Shown: piece after piece, positions 42,921 through 52,144 of the stretch | Layout: every line of letters begins with the position of its first letter | How positions within the stretch are numbered: position 1 is the stretch's first letter | Source: a virus | Taxonomy: Duplodnaviria; Caudoviricetes | Length of the DNA: 62,973 bases | Strand: one strand, 5' to 3' | Virus record (IMG/VR): IMGVR_UViG_3300036761_000576 | Span: 1 to 62,973 of that record | Position numbers and translations under genes: made by a program | The notes under the pieces: generated by a model | Seen by the model: the letters and a program-made list of their open reading frames with translations, nothing else | What the model was told of the DNA's origin: nothing | Database searches by the model: none

Positions 42921-43531
42921 TACGCCTTCTTGCGCACGAAGACCGACTTGTTGCGCTCCCGCGCTTCTTGCGAGCGGAGATGAGCCGTCGCCGCATAGAT
43001 CGCTCCCTGTTGGGGATTGGCCCATTCCGCTTCCGGCATGAGCATCAACCGCGACTTAGCACCCGCAGCTAGGTCTTCGTAGTAATCGTCGAACAGGAAG
43101 TCGGGCCCCTGGGTCGAATCGCGGGTGGGCTGCAAGGCCACGGTCAGAATGAGCGAGGCAGTTCCCGTCGGCCGTGGAACGACCGCAAATTTGGTCGTCT
43201 CGACCTGCGCCACGGTGTCGGGCGTGCCCGTGATCCCGTTGCGCCAACCGTAGAACAAGCGGTCAAGGCTCTCTGGCGTAAGCACGGTAATCTGACGTGC
43301 AGAAATTTGTGCCTGGACGATCTTCGCCACGCGAGACCCTGACGTCGTGACGAAATCGTAGGTGATCGGACTCGACGTCAGGTTGTAGGGCGTCTGCGTT
43401 TCCTGCCAGATCAGGCTGTCGACACAGAAGCGAATCGCGGTATCGCGCACGGCCCACAACGCCAGCACCAAGGGACAGGTGCTCACTTCCGGCAGCACAT
43501 CAGGCAGAAAGGTCGACCAGTCTTTGCTCAT
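42920..43531 (-). CDS. Head-tail adaptor/ring paralogue 1
   Basis: Same motif set. Confidence 0.8.
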   Translation of the reverse strand: MSKDWSTFLPDVLPEVSTCPLVLALWAVRDTAIRFCVDSLIWQETQTPYNLTSSPITYDFVTTSGSRVAKIVQAQISARQITVLTPESLDRLFYGWRNGITGTPDTVAQVETTKFAVVPRPTGTASLILTVALQPTRDSTQGPDFLFDDYYEDLAAGAKSRLMLMPEAEWANPQQGAIYAATAHLRSQEARERNKSVFVRKKA

Positions 43532-44148
43532 TGCTTCACCATTTCACTGGCAGCACCAGTGCCGAGTGATGTTTCAAAAGCGGCGCGGAAGAGTGCGGCT
43601 CGCGGCGTCACCACAAACTCGTCGTCCTTCGATTCTGCGCGGAAGATCACGTAGGACTCCAAGGCGGGCTCGTACTGCTCGTTGAGGGGGATGGTGCTGT
43701 TGATGGTCAGAGCGGTGGTGTTCAACTCTGTCCACGAAGCGTCGAGGAGCTGGCCGGCGAGGCTCTTGGGATAGACGTAGAACCTGTTGTTCGGTTGCTT
43801 GCTGGCATCAGCCGGAAAGCGCATCCAGTGCACCGCGGGCCCGGCTGGGTCCGTGCGCCAGCCGGCCCGGTAGGCACGAAAGGTGTCGAAGTCGGCGTAA
43901 GTGATGGCGCCCCCGTTCTGGACCCCATAGACGTCGATCACGAACCAGCCATTCGGGACAATCGTTTGCTCGACGCCCGCCACACAGGTTATGGCACCCG
44001 TGACCGTGAACAGATCAGGCCGCAGCACGCAGGTCTCGCGCAGTCCATCTAGCGCATAGGCCAACAGTTCAGGATCGGGATAGCGAACCTTGTCGGTGTC
44101 GTTCAGCGTCGGCCGCAGCCGGTCGAGAACGGCCTGGAACGTAGCCAT
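43528..44148 (-). CDS. Head-tail adaptor (DUF6682-like)
   Basis: LNDTDKVRY...LL.Y...LRPD; FYVYP; YVIFRAESKD.E. Confidence 0.75.
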   Translation of the reverse strand: MATFQAVLDRLRPTLNDTDKVRYPDPELLAYALDGLRETCVLRPDLFTVTGAITCVAGVEQTIVPNGWFVIDVYGVQNGGAITYADFDTFRAYRAGWRTDPAGPAVHWMRFPADASKQPNNRFYVYPKSLAGQLLDASWTELNTTALTINSTIPLNEQYEPALESYVIFRAESKDDEFVVTPRAALFRAAFETSLGTGAASEMVKQ

Positions 44149-44498
44149 CAGTCGTCAACCGTGGTCGCTTTCTTCGCCGCCTTGGCCGCGCGCGCTGCTG
44201 CCATGCGATCGGTCTTGATGGCCTCTACACCGTTGCTCCTGGTCTCGGCCGCCGTGCGCAACGCGGTATCGGCGTCGATCCGCGCTTGCACCGCTGCCGC
44301 CGCGGCCTCTGTCCTGATGTCGGAATAGGGCCTATAACCGGCGCCAATCGACAGAATGGCGTCGTAGTGTTGCTCGTCGGAAACCTCGGCCACGTAGTCC
44401 CCGAGTTCGTTCGGCAAGAAGTGGTAAAACTTGCCGCCATAGGTCATCTTGGTGCCGCCCTTGAACGGCGACACAGTCTGAATGAAACGCGCACGCAT
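44148..44498 (-). CDS. Hypothetical morphogenesis protein
   Basis: GGT...G..YHF.P...G..VAEV....H...LSI..GY. Confidence 0.75.
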   Translation of the reverse strand: MRARFIQTVSPFKGGTKMTYGGKFYHFLPNELGDYVAEVSDEQHYDAILSIGAGYRPYSDIRTEAAAAAVQARIDADTALRTAAETRSNGVEAIKTDRMAAARAAKAAKKATTVDD

Positions 44499-44514
44499 GG
44501 GCTACCTCATCCGT

Positions 44515-44544
44515 AAAAAATGGACCGACCAGAAGGCCAGTCCA
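44515..44544 (-). terminator. Intrinsic terminator after capsid/decoration genes
   Basis: TGGACTGGCC-TTCT-GGTCGGTCCA plus T6. Confidence 0.7.
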
Positions 44545-44563
44545 ATTACGTTACCAAGACCGC

Positions 44564-45097
44564 TTAGGCGCCGTACCGCGCTGCCCGATAGAAGAGCTGG
44601 AAGTCGATGCGCCTGATCGTTGCCGGATTGGTCGCCGCGGACGCCACAATGCCCAAACCGATCGAGCGATCCACCAAGGTGGAGGGCGCGATTTGCTGGA
44701 ATGTAGCCAGTGCGCAGCGCGTGTAGGCAGGAGCCTGCAACAGCGTGCTGCCAGAGGCGATGCCTTCCACCCCCACTGTCGCTAACACTCGACCCGCATC
44801 GCCGACCGTTCCCGTCATCAGACCGAGCTTGATGGTGATCGTCGGCGTGCCGTTAGAGTCGAAATCATCATTGGAAAGGATGAAATCGACCGGCACGTGG
44901 TCAGCAGGAAGCACCGCCAACTCGATTAAGTCGTTGATCGCCGGATTGACGCCGGACGCAAAGATGATCGTCCCGGTAACCTCCACCAGATCGCCCGCTT
45001 CGGTGGAGATTACCGACGAATGCCGAAGGGTCTGAATGCCCGTCAGTGCGACGGCGGTCGTCGAGCCCGTTATTTCATTGGTTGCGTAGTACGCCAT
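44564..45097 (-). CDS. Capsid decoration/cement protein, copy B
   Basis: Follows major capsid; closely similar to 45126..45650. Confidence 0.75.
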   Translation of the reverse strand: MAYYATNEITGSTTAVALTGIQTLRHSSVISTEAGDLVEVTGTIIFASGVNPAINDLIELAVLPADHVPVDFILSNDDFDSNGTPTITIKLGLMTGTVGDAGRVLATVGVEGIASGSTLLQAPAYTRCALATFQQIAPSTLVDRSIGLGIVASAATNPATIRRIDFQLFYRAARYGA

Positions 45098-45125
45098 TCG
45101 TTTTCTCCTTCAAGCCGCTGACTGC

Positions 45126-45650
45126 TTAGGCGCCGTACCGCGCTGCCCGATAGAAGAGCTGGAAGTCCAAGCGCCTGATGGTCGCCGGATTGGTCGGTGC
45201 CGCCACGATTCCTATGCCGATCGAGCGATCCGCGGTAGTGCTCGGCGCGATTTGCTGGAAGGTCGCCAGTGCGCAGCGGGTGTAAGCCGCCGCCTGCAAC
45301 AGCGTAGAACCGGAGGCGATGCCTTCCACCCCGACCGTGCCGATCGCGCGCCCAGCGTCACCCACCGCGCCCGTCATCAGACCGAGCTTGATGGTGATGA
45401 GGGCGGCACTGTCGAAGTCGTCGTTCGACAAGATGAAGTCGAGCGGCACGTGGTCGGCCGGCAGCACGGCCAGTTCGATCACATCATTGATCGCCAGGTT
45501 GACGCCGGACGCGAAGATGATCGTCCCGGTCACGGACTCGACATCGCCCGCTTCCGTGGAAATCACCGAAGAATGCCGGAGCGCCTGAATGCCCGTGAGA
45601 GCGGCGGCAGCCGTGCTGCCCGTGATCTCGTTCGTTGCGTAGTACGCCAT
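45126..45650 (-). CDS. Capsid decoration/cement protein, copy A
   Basis: NDVIELAVLPADHVP.D; immediately after major capsid. Confidence 0.75.
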   Translation of the reverse strand: MAYYATNEITGSTAAAALTGIQALRHSSVISTEAGDVESVTGTIIFASGVNLAINDVIELAVLPADHVPLDFILSNDDFDSAALITIKLGLMTGAVGDAGRAIGTVGVEGIASGSTLLQAAAYTRCALATFQQIAPSTTADRSIGIGIVAAPTNPATIRRLDFQLFYRAARYGA

Positions 45651-45723
45651 GATGAAACTCCTTTCGGTGCTGGAATGAAAACGGTCGCCCGAGAGCGACC
45701 GTTGCCGTCAGTACAACCCGAGA

Positions 45724-46833
45724 TCAGCCCGGATCGGCCGCTGCGGACTCGACCGCGATCACTCCGTAGTCCTTGGAGTTGAACGTGGTCTTCTTCATGC
45801 CGCAGATGGTGGACGTCGAGATCACGACCTGGTTGCCGTTGTCCCGCGTTTCCTCGTGCCAGTCGAAGCGCAGACCCGTCCCCGGTGAGCCGAAGGCGCA
45901 CACCGCCGCCTGTTCGCCCAGGAACAGCGACCGACTGGCGGCGAGGTTGGCGCCGGCCCCATAGTCGGTGAAGCGGATCACCGCCTTGTGCTGATGCAGG
46001 ACCACGTTGTTGTACATGGCGAGGCCGCCCTTGAAGATCGGGGAATCGAGGCCGGTCTTGGTCGCCGCCGCCTTCTGGATGTCGAGCCACTGGCCGGTCG
46101 ATGTTGACGTGCGCAGGTTGAACGCATCCCACGGCGTCATGCAGAGCACGTAATGCTCTTCGCCATCGACCATGATCGGCTGGATCTGCGGCGTGCCCTG
46201 CACGCCACCGCCCATCATGTTGGCCTTGGCCACCAAGCGGTCGATCGAGGCCAGAGAGAGCTTGTCGCCGACAACCAAAGTAGCCTTCGACGTGGCCGCA
46301 CCGGAATACAGGATGTGATCCGGAGAATCCGGCGCCACCAGCGAATTGTTGGCAAAGCCGGTGTAGGTCAGCGGAAAGATGTAGTCCGAATTGACGCCAC
46401 GCGCGCCAGACAGGTACATGAAGAACAGCTCATCGAACGCCCTGGCCCACAACTCCGATTCGCGCCGCTTGGCGATCTGGCGCAGATCGTACAGCGTTTT
46501 CTTGCGCGACATGCGTCCACCGGTGTTGACGCCGACCCGCAGTTGGTCGATGTAGACCTGGTCCGTGTAAAACTTTAGGTCCTCTTCTTGGCTTTCCAGC
46601 ACTTGATCGCCTTCGATCGGCTGCATCCGCAGTTGCACGGAGAGATCGTAGGTGATCTGTTCGCCAGCATCGCTCTCCAGTTGCGTGAGCACCTGGATTG
46701 GCATGGACGATGTTTCGCCAACGCCCATGAACTTCTTGTTGAAATACGACTTGCGGGCCATGTCTACGGCCAGCATTCCGCTGAACCGCTTGACAGCTTT
46801 CGGATCATTTAGACCGATGACAGTCTTTGCCAT
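45724..46833 (-). CDS. Major capsid protein (N4-gp56/DUF4043 family)
   Basis: LESDAGEQITYDLSVQL...IDQLR...GGRMSRK...GMKKTTFN.KDYGVI. Confidence 0.92.
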   Translation of the reverse strand: MAKTVIGLNDPKAVKRFSGMLAVDMARKSYFNKKFMGVGETSSMPIQVLTQLESDAGEQITYDLSVQLRMQPIEGDQVLESQEEDLKFYTDQVYIDQLRVGVNTGGRMSRKKTLYDLRQIAKRRESELWARAFDELFFMYLSGARGVNSDYIFPLTYTGFANNSLVAPDSPDHILYSGAATSKATLVVGDKLSLASIDRLVAKANMMGGGVQGTPQIQPIMVDGEEHYVLCMTPWDAFNLRTSTSTGQWLDIQKAAATKTGLDSPIFKGGLAMYNNVVLHQHKAVIRFTDYGAGANLAASRSLFLGEQAAVCAFGSPGTGLRFDWHEETRDNGNQVVISTSTICGMKKTTFNSKDYGVIAVESAAADPG

Positions 46834-46860
46834 GTGAGTGCTCCTTCGCTAGTGAACGAA

Positions 46861-46878
46861 GTCGCACTCCTGCGCGAC
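46861..46878 (-). promoter_or_regulatory. AGGA-loop RNA hairpin, candidate CsrA site
   Basis: GTCGCGC-AGGA-GTGCGAC, 28 nt upstream of the capsid start. Confidence 0.6.
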
Positions 46879-46896
46879 ACCAAGCCTCTTTAGAGG

Positions 46897-47091
46897 CTAC
46901 TCGGGCCTGCCCAATTGCCTACGCACAAACGACGTGGGCGGTGGTATTGCGGCAAGCCGCCGAATTTGAACCTCCTTCATCGCCTCGAAACTGAGACGAG
47001 TTTTCTGCCCCGACTTGCTTTCTACGCGGACGATGACACGACCGGAGTCGATGTCTACCCCCTCGCCCACGCGCAAATCGAGCTTTAGCAC
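46897..47091 (-). CDS. csrA: CsrA/RsmA-like RNA-binding protein
   Basis: ML.L..RVGE...I....V.V.V...SG...RL...A.KEV.I.R aligns with the CsrA pattern. Confidence 0.7.
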   Translation of the reverse strand: MLKLDLRVGEGVDIDSGRVIVRVESKSGQKTRLSFEAMKEVQIRRLAAIPPPTSFVRRQLGRPE

Positions 47092-47095
47092 CGAC

Positions 47096-47989
47096 TTACG
47101 CTCTCGTTCTCAGATACGCTTCCTCATCAGCGGAACCAAACTTGGCCAGCTCATTTTCAAGCGGGATGCCCGTGAGCTTGTCGAGATGCGCGAAGCGATC
47201 GCCGCCGACATCTGGCAAATCCGCCGCCGGGATCTCGCCCAACGTCTTCGGTGCCATCGCACGCGCCTTGTCCTCGCCCGCCTTCTTGGGTGGTGTGTCG
47301 TCTTTCACAACGGTTGCGCCAGGCGGGTTCTGGCCGTATTCCATCATCACTCGCTTGTGTGAGCGTTCGAGCAGCTCATCGCCGGTAAGATCATCAACGC
47401 CGTCTATCTGCCCTTCCAGAAGCACCGCCTGCATCAGACCTGCATACAGCAAACTTCCTTGTTTGTACTGTCCATGCGTCTTGAAAAAACGCTTCTGTTC
47501 ATGTGCCCAGATTCCATCCTGAACAGCCTTGTTGATGGCCTCCGCATTCACGAATTGACTCTGTGCGACGGAGATATCGCGCATGATCTTGTGATAGGTA
47601 GCTTCTTCCAACTCACCTTCTTCGTATTTCTTGACCGTCGCTGCTGCTTCGGCGTCGTAATCGCGGGCTTCTCCGGTAGGCATGTTCAGCACAAATCCCC
47701 GGTCCTTAGCTTCTGCATCGACCGCGTGGTCAACCTTGGCCGTGGACTCTGCTTTGGCCTTGTCGGTTGCGACTTTTGCGTCAGCCGGTTCGGCCTCGCC
47801 CGCATCGCCGGCTGCGGCAGCTTCTACCGCCTCTTCTTCGTCATCAATTACGTCACCCTCGGCCGCCAACGCAGCCTTCTTCTCCGCGTCGTCTATCTGC
47901 GCGGCGTCGGTCGTTGTGTCTTCGAGTGCCGCGCGTTCCTCTGGGGTAAGTAGCGAGACTTCCGCGTCCGACATACCTTCAATTGACAT
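47096..47989 (-). CDS. Capsid scaffolding protein
   Basis: Acidic; LTPEERAAL start and PKTL..IPAA...F..LD.L.G...E..LA end; upstream of capsid. Confidence 0.75.
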   Translation of the reverse strand: MSIEGMSDAEVSLLTPEERAALEDTTTDAAQIDDAEKKAALAAEGDVIDDEEEAVEAAAAGDAGEAEPADAKVATDKAKAESTAKVDHAVDAEAKDRGFVLNMPTGEARDYDAEAAATVKKYEEGELEEATYHKIMRDISVAQSQFVNAEAINKAVQDGIWAHEQKRFFKTHGQYKQGSLLYAGLMQAVLLEGQIDGVDDLTGDELLERSHKRVMMEYGQNPPGATVVKDDTPPKKAGEDKARAMAPKTLGEIPAADLPDVGGDRFAHLDKLTGIPLENELAKFGSADEEAYLRTRA

Positions 47990-48007
47990 GCTTTTTCTCC
48001 TTAAAAG

Positions 48008-48127
48008 TCAGCCCAACCAGTCGCGCATGAACTCGCCTAAGAAGTGGATCGAAGCCGCTGCGCCAACATAGACGGCGACCATGACCCACAGTAGCGACAG
48101 CGCATGGAGCGTTACCGGATCGATCAT
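48008..48127 (-). CDS. Small membrane peptide (39 aa)
   Basis: ATGA coupling; hydrophobic. Confidence 0.4.
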   Translation of the reverse strand: MIDPVTLHALSLLWVMVAVYVGAAASIHFLGEFMRDWLG

Positions 48128-48768
48128 CTCTTGTGATCGTTCTTGTGCTTGTTTTGTTGCGATTGGCGCCCCATCGACCCAAGCTGGAGACCGTAGTGCA
48201 TCAATTTCTCTTCTATTTTTAGAATATGGTGGTAAGGAACCGCCTGGATCAATATCGGATTACTAGCGACAACGACCCCGCCGGCATCCGAGTCGACGGC
48301 GATAAAATCGAGTGACACGTTGTAGGCCTTGCCGGGCGCCCCAGCTCCAGTTTTGACAAGACCGGCAATGTCATTCAGGCCTCTCTGGAACACCGCCAAT
48401 CCATTTGCGTCGATTCCGGCGAAGGTATTGGCGCCCTTGTAAAACAGGCGCCCATCTTGCTTTTTGATTTCGCAGTACATCGTCAGGTCGTTTGCCATCG
48501 CTTGTTCCTTTGGTTGCCCTACCGTTACCCTGCGCACCTTGCCGTCACCTATCCGCTCCCACACTGCGCGAGTGATCCCCATTCCCCGCAGGGATTCGTC
48601 TATGGCCCGGTAGATTTCTGGCGTGAAAGTGCCTTGTGCGCACGAAATGTGAGCTTCTTCGCCGTGGAAGCAACACGTGCAAGAAAACGCGAAAGAGTCG
48701 CCATAATCTCCGACGCCACCGTGGTAGCGGAGTAGCGCGACCAGCGGCTCGACGCTAATCCGCCCCAC
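48124..48768 (-). CDS. Hypothetical protein, possibly two-domain or with an internal start
   Basis: 214-aa ORF; in-frame AAGGA...ATG at MANDLT. Confidence 0.55.
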   Translation of the reverse strand: MGRISVEPLVALLRYHGGVGDYGDSFAFSCTCCFHGEEAHISCAQGTFTPEIYRAIDESLRGMGITRAVWERIGDGKVRRVTVGQPKEQAMANDLTMYCEIKKQDGRLFYKGANTFAGIDANGLAVFQRGLNDIAGLVKTGAGAPGKAYNVSLDFIAVDSDAGGVVVASNPILIQAVPYHHILKIEEKLMHYGLQLGSMGRQSQQNKHKNDHKR

Positions 48769-48778
48769 GGGTCAAACA

Positions 48779-49228
48779 TCAAGGGTTTGGGACCGGCGCG
48801 CCAGCGGCAACGCCCATGCTGACGGTCTCGCCGGCAACGACTTCGATGTCGATGGTCCCGGATACCGGCTTGATACCGTCACCCATGTCCGCATCGGCGG
48901 TTGCGCTGATTTGCACCGAGCCCACCTTGCCGACCGGCAGCACGTCACATGAGAGCGAGTCGGCCGAAGGCACAACCGTTGCCACCGTTTCATCCGAGGA
49001 AGCCCACACGGCAGCACCGTCAATGGTTGCCGGGTTGCCGAACTTGTCGACCGGGGCGACAAAGAGAGTTACCTTGAAATCATCTCGCAGCAGCATTTTC
49101 GTTACTCCTTTGAATGTGCTACCCCTATAGGCAGCGTTGAACGTCAACTCACCGTTATCCATCTCTGGATAGAGACAGACGCGCGGCCCGTTGAAATCTA
49201 TGACGACGTGTACTTTCGGCAGCTTCAT
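48779..49228 (-). CDS. Ig-like domain protein
   Basis: PVDKFGNPA...WASSDETVATV...G...ISATAD; strong internal RBS before MLLRDD. Confidence 0.7.
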   Translation of the reverse strand: MKLPKVHVVIDFNGPRVCLYPEMDNGELTFNAAYRGSTFKGVTKMLLRDDFKVTLFVAPVDKFGNPATIDGAAVWASSDETVATVVPSADSLSCDVLPVGKVGSVQISATADADMGDGIKPVSGTIDIEVVAGETVSMGVAAGAPVPNP

Positions 49229-49248
49229 GCGCCGCCTCCTGGTTGAGA

Positions 49249-51132
49249 TCAAAGCAGTGTCAGGAGCACTTTGAGTGCTTCGACGTTGTGTTCCAGCACG
49301 GCAATCTTCTCTAGCAGCGCATCGCGTTCTTCCTTGAGCGCCGCGATCTCAGTCGCCGCGGCGAGCGCCGATCCACTGTCGACGCTCGCCGGAGCGTACT
49401 TCTCGGCGGGGGGTATCTGTTTCTGCTTCTTCGGTGGCTTCGCCTTCTCCGCCTTGGCATCGGCCTCGGCCAGTCGTTTGGCGATGTCGTAGGTCGTGTC
49501 CCGCGACAGCCCAAGCTCGAGCGCGTGTCGCGGCTTGCCGCCAGGTATCGCTCGGCCATCGCGTTTGCGCGGGGTCGGCTCTCCGCCACCGCCTGCTGGT
49601 GCGGGCTCAGGCAGAGGCGGCGGAATTACGGCCGGCGCTGCCTCGTCGAAGATGATCGGCGACCAATCGTCAGTCGCCTCTTCTTCCTCGATCGGCTCGT
49701 CTATTCCTTGCTCGACGTAGTCGAAGTAGACCGGCGCATCGAGCAGCGGTCCCGTCGTCCAATCGTCGGTGGACTCTTCATCCTCGATCGGATCGGCATC
49801 CGTCGTTTGGATGACGTCGATGGACGGATCGAAGATCGTCGGCCACCAGTCGTCGGTGGCTTCTTCTTCGTCAAGCAGCTCCTCGAAGACGAAGGCGATC
49901 GGGTCAATCGCCGGGATCGGGGCCGGCTCGAATATTTGCGCAGCGAAGCCTTCGTCGTCCTCTGGCTCGTCACCTTCGTCGGCAGCGGTAGCCGGCGGCG
50001 CAAACTCGTCGAAGACCGGATCCTGCCTCCAATCTTCCGTCCCCTCTTCCTCATCCAGCTCTTCGCCGCTGGTCGTGGAGATCGCGTCGACCGTGGAGAA
50101 ATCGTCTGGAAGCGCCGCTATCCAGTCATCGGCAGCCTCATCGCCTTCATCTTCGTCGGCGATCGTGGACGCGATCGGGTCGTTCAGATCGGGCGGGGTG
50201 CCTTGCGCCCAATCTTCCGTGCTTTCTTCTTCGTCCTGTTCGTCACTAAGCGTTGCTACGACAACATCCTGAACCGCAGCGACTACGCCCTCGACTCTGC
50301 CGGTCCAGTCTTCCGCTGTTTCTTCCGCCTCATCTTCATCGGCCGAAACACAGGCCATGAAGTCAGGTTGCGGGCCCGCAGGATCGATCCAGACGCTTTG
50401 CGCGTCCTCGGTGGACTCTTCCTCATCCTGCTCATCGCCCAACGTCGTGCTGATGACGTCCTGCGCCGCCGCGACGACCTGCTCGACCCAACCTACCCAA
50501 TCTTCGGTTGCCTCGTCTTCGTCGGCATCGTCGCCAATGGTCGCGGTTACGAAATCAGCCGCGGCGCCAGCAACGTCCTCGACGCGGCCGATCCAATCTT
50601 CGGTCGCTTCTTCGTCTTCTGCCGGATCCTCCTGTGGCGCGGCGATTGCGTCGACGGTCGATAACGGATCGAAAACGGCGGCCGTAGCGTCTTCGGACTC
50701 GCTTTCGGCGTCAAACTCGTCATCACCAATGCTGGCAACGATGGGGAACGGATCGAAGATCGGCGACTGCGCCCAATCTTCGGTGCTTTCCTCCTCGTCG
50801 ATCTCGTCGTTGACGAAAGCGGCGATGGCATCTACCGTCGACCACGGATCGAATAGCTGCGGCGTCCAGGCGTCGGTTTCTTCCGGTTCTGGCTCTTCTT
50901 CGGCCTCGGCTACAGGAGGAATGTAGTCAACGGCCGCCGCAACGGCTGCGTCGAAGATCAAACTACCCTGGCATGGTTCCGTTTCCTCTTCTTCTTGCCA
51001 CTCCGTATCATCTGGATAGGTGTGGAAGAGGCTGCCTTCCGCTGACGCCGGATCCGGTATCGGTACACCGAGTTGGATCCATGTGACCCGCCCTACGCGC
51101 GGATAGTAGAGCGACAGCAGCGCGAGAAGCAT
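49249..51132 (-). CDS. Highly acidic repeat protein
   Basis: ~15 units of ~30 aa, core DEEE(S/A)T(E/D)DW. Confidence 0.8.
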   Translation of the reverse strand: MLLALLSLYYPRVGRVTWIQLGVPIPDPASAEGSLFHTYPDDTEWQEEEETEPCQGSLIFDAAVAAAVDYIPPVAEAEEEPEPEETDAWTPQLFDPWSTVDAIAAFVNDEIDEEESTEDWAQSPIFDPFPIVASIGDDEFDAESESEDATAAVFDPLSTVDAIAAPQEDPAEDEEATEDWIGRVEDVAGAAADFVTATIGDDADEDEATEDWVGWVEQVVAAAQDVISTTLGDEQDEEESTEDAQSVWIDPAGPQPDFMACVSADEDEAEETAEDWTGRVEGVVAAVQDVVVATLSDEQDEEESTEDWAQGTPPDLNDPIASTIADEDEGDEAADDWIAALPDDFSTVDAISTTSGEELDEEEGTEDWRQDPVFDEFAPPATAADEGDEPEDDEGFAAQIFEPAPIPAIDPIAFVFEELLDEEEATDDWWPTIFDPSIDVIQTTDADPIEDEESTDDWTTGPLLDAPVYFDYVEQGIDEPIEEEEATDDWSPIIFDEAAPAVIPPPLPEPAPAGGGGEPTPRKRDGRAIPGGKPRHALELGLSRDTTYDIAKRLAEADAKAEKAKPPKKQKQIPPAEKYAPASVDSGSALAAATEIAALKEERDALLEKIAVLEHNVEALKVLLTLL

Positions 51133-51160
51133 GGGTTTATGCCCTCACGCTAGATGAAAC

Positions 51161-51832
51161 TCAGGCCGGAACTTCTTCCCACATCAGCCGAGAAGTGACG
51201 CTGTGCGTGGTCACTGACGTTGTGTTGAGCAGCGCCAGCACGCCACCGGGCGGCACAATCAGCGAGCCATCAAAAAACTGCACGCCGACGACGCTCGGGG
51301 TAGGCGTGGCTACGGCAACCGTAGTCGTGAGCAGTCCGGACGCCACGGGGAAGTCGGCACCCTCGAACACCACGAGACTGTTGGTCAAGCCGGTGAGGGC
51401 AACGCCTCCGGGGAACGCCTTCGCCGAAGAGCCGGCGGCGACGAGGGTACGTCGGTTGAACGGCGCGCTGCCCGTCGTGATCGCGCCATTACCGCCAGAC
51501 GCCGCCCAGACGAAGCCCCCTAGATCGACCGACGTAATGTTATTGATGCGATCCGTCAAACTCGCTTGGAGGATCACGAGATTGACCAGTGACGTCGACG
51601 GATTCCACACGCCAACAATGGGTGTCGTCGTCGACGTCAGGGTAATCGTGTTGGCAGACAGGGCCGTGACGCCGGAACCAGTGCTGTACAGTCCACCGCG
51701 CAAAGTTTGCTCAAAATACCTGCCGTGCAGTTGGCTTGAAATCAGTTCCGCGGAGCGGCCCTGACGCAGCGTTTGAACCGCGCCGTCTTGAAGTTGCTGG
51801 ACGCCAACTTGCCCTTGGATGGGGATGCCCAT
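51161..51832 (-). CDS. Putative virion structural protein
   Basis: HGRYFE...WNP..S.VNLV...IVPPGG...WEEVP. Confidence 0.7.
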   Translation of the reverse strand: MGIPIQGQVGVQQLQDGAVQTLRQGRSAELISSQLHGRYFEQTLRGGLYSTGSGVTALSANTITLTSTTTPIVGVWNPSTSLVNLVILQASLTDRINNITSVDLGGFVWAASGGNGAITTGSAPFNRRTLVAAGSSAKAFPGGVALTGLTNSLVVFEGADFPVASGLLTTTVAVATPTPSVVGVQFFDGSLIVPPGGVLALLNTTSVTTHSVTSRLMWEEVPA

Positions 51833-51841
51833 GTGTTTCTC

Positions 51842-52141
51842 CTAGTTGAAAATGTCTATTGCAGCAGCCGGATCGTACATTGTCTGTCCCGACATGAGCG
51901 ACAACTGAAGGTTCATTAGGCGCAGTTGCCCGAGAATCTGTGACAACACTGTTAGCAGCGCGTCGGAGTGGACCTGTAGATTACCACTCAGGTCTACATT
52001 CGCCAACGCGGACGGCAGGGATGCGTCGCCCAGCACCACCCGCTGCCGCTCCACCACGACGCCGTCACTGCGCGTGATCTCGCTGACCTCGATCTTTTTG
52101 CCACTGCTGTCCGGGGATACCTGGACATACTGATCTGCCAT
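51842..52141 (-). CDS. Hypothetical structural protein
   Basis: VQVSPDSSGKKI...ERQRVV.GD. Confidence 0.7.
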   Translation of the reverse strand: MADQYVQVSPDSSGKKIEVSEITRSDGVVVERQRVVLGDASLPSALANVDLSGNLQVHSDALLTVLSQILGQLRLMNLQLSLMSGQTMYDPAAAIDIFN

Positions 52142-52144
52142 CGA

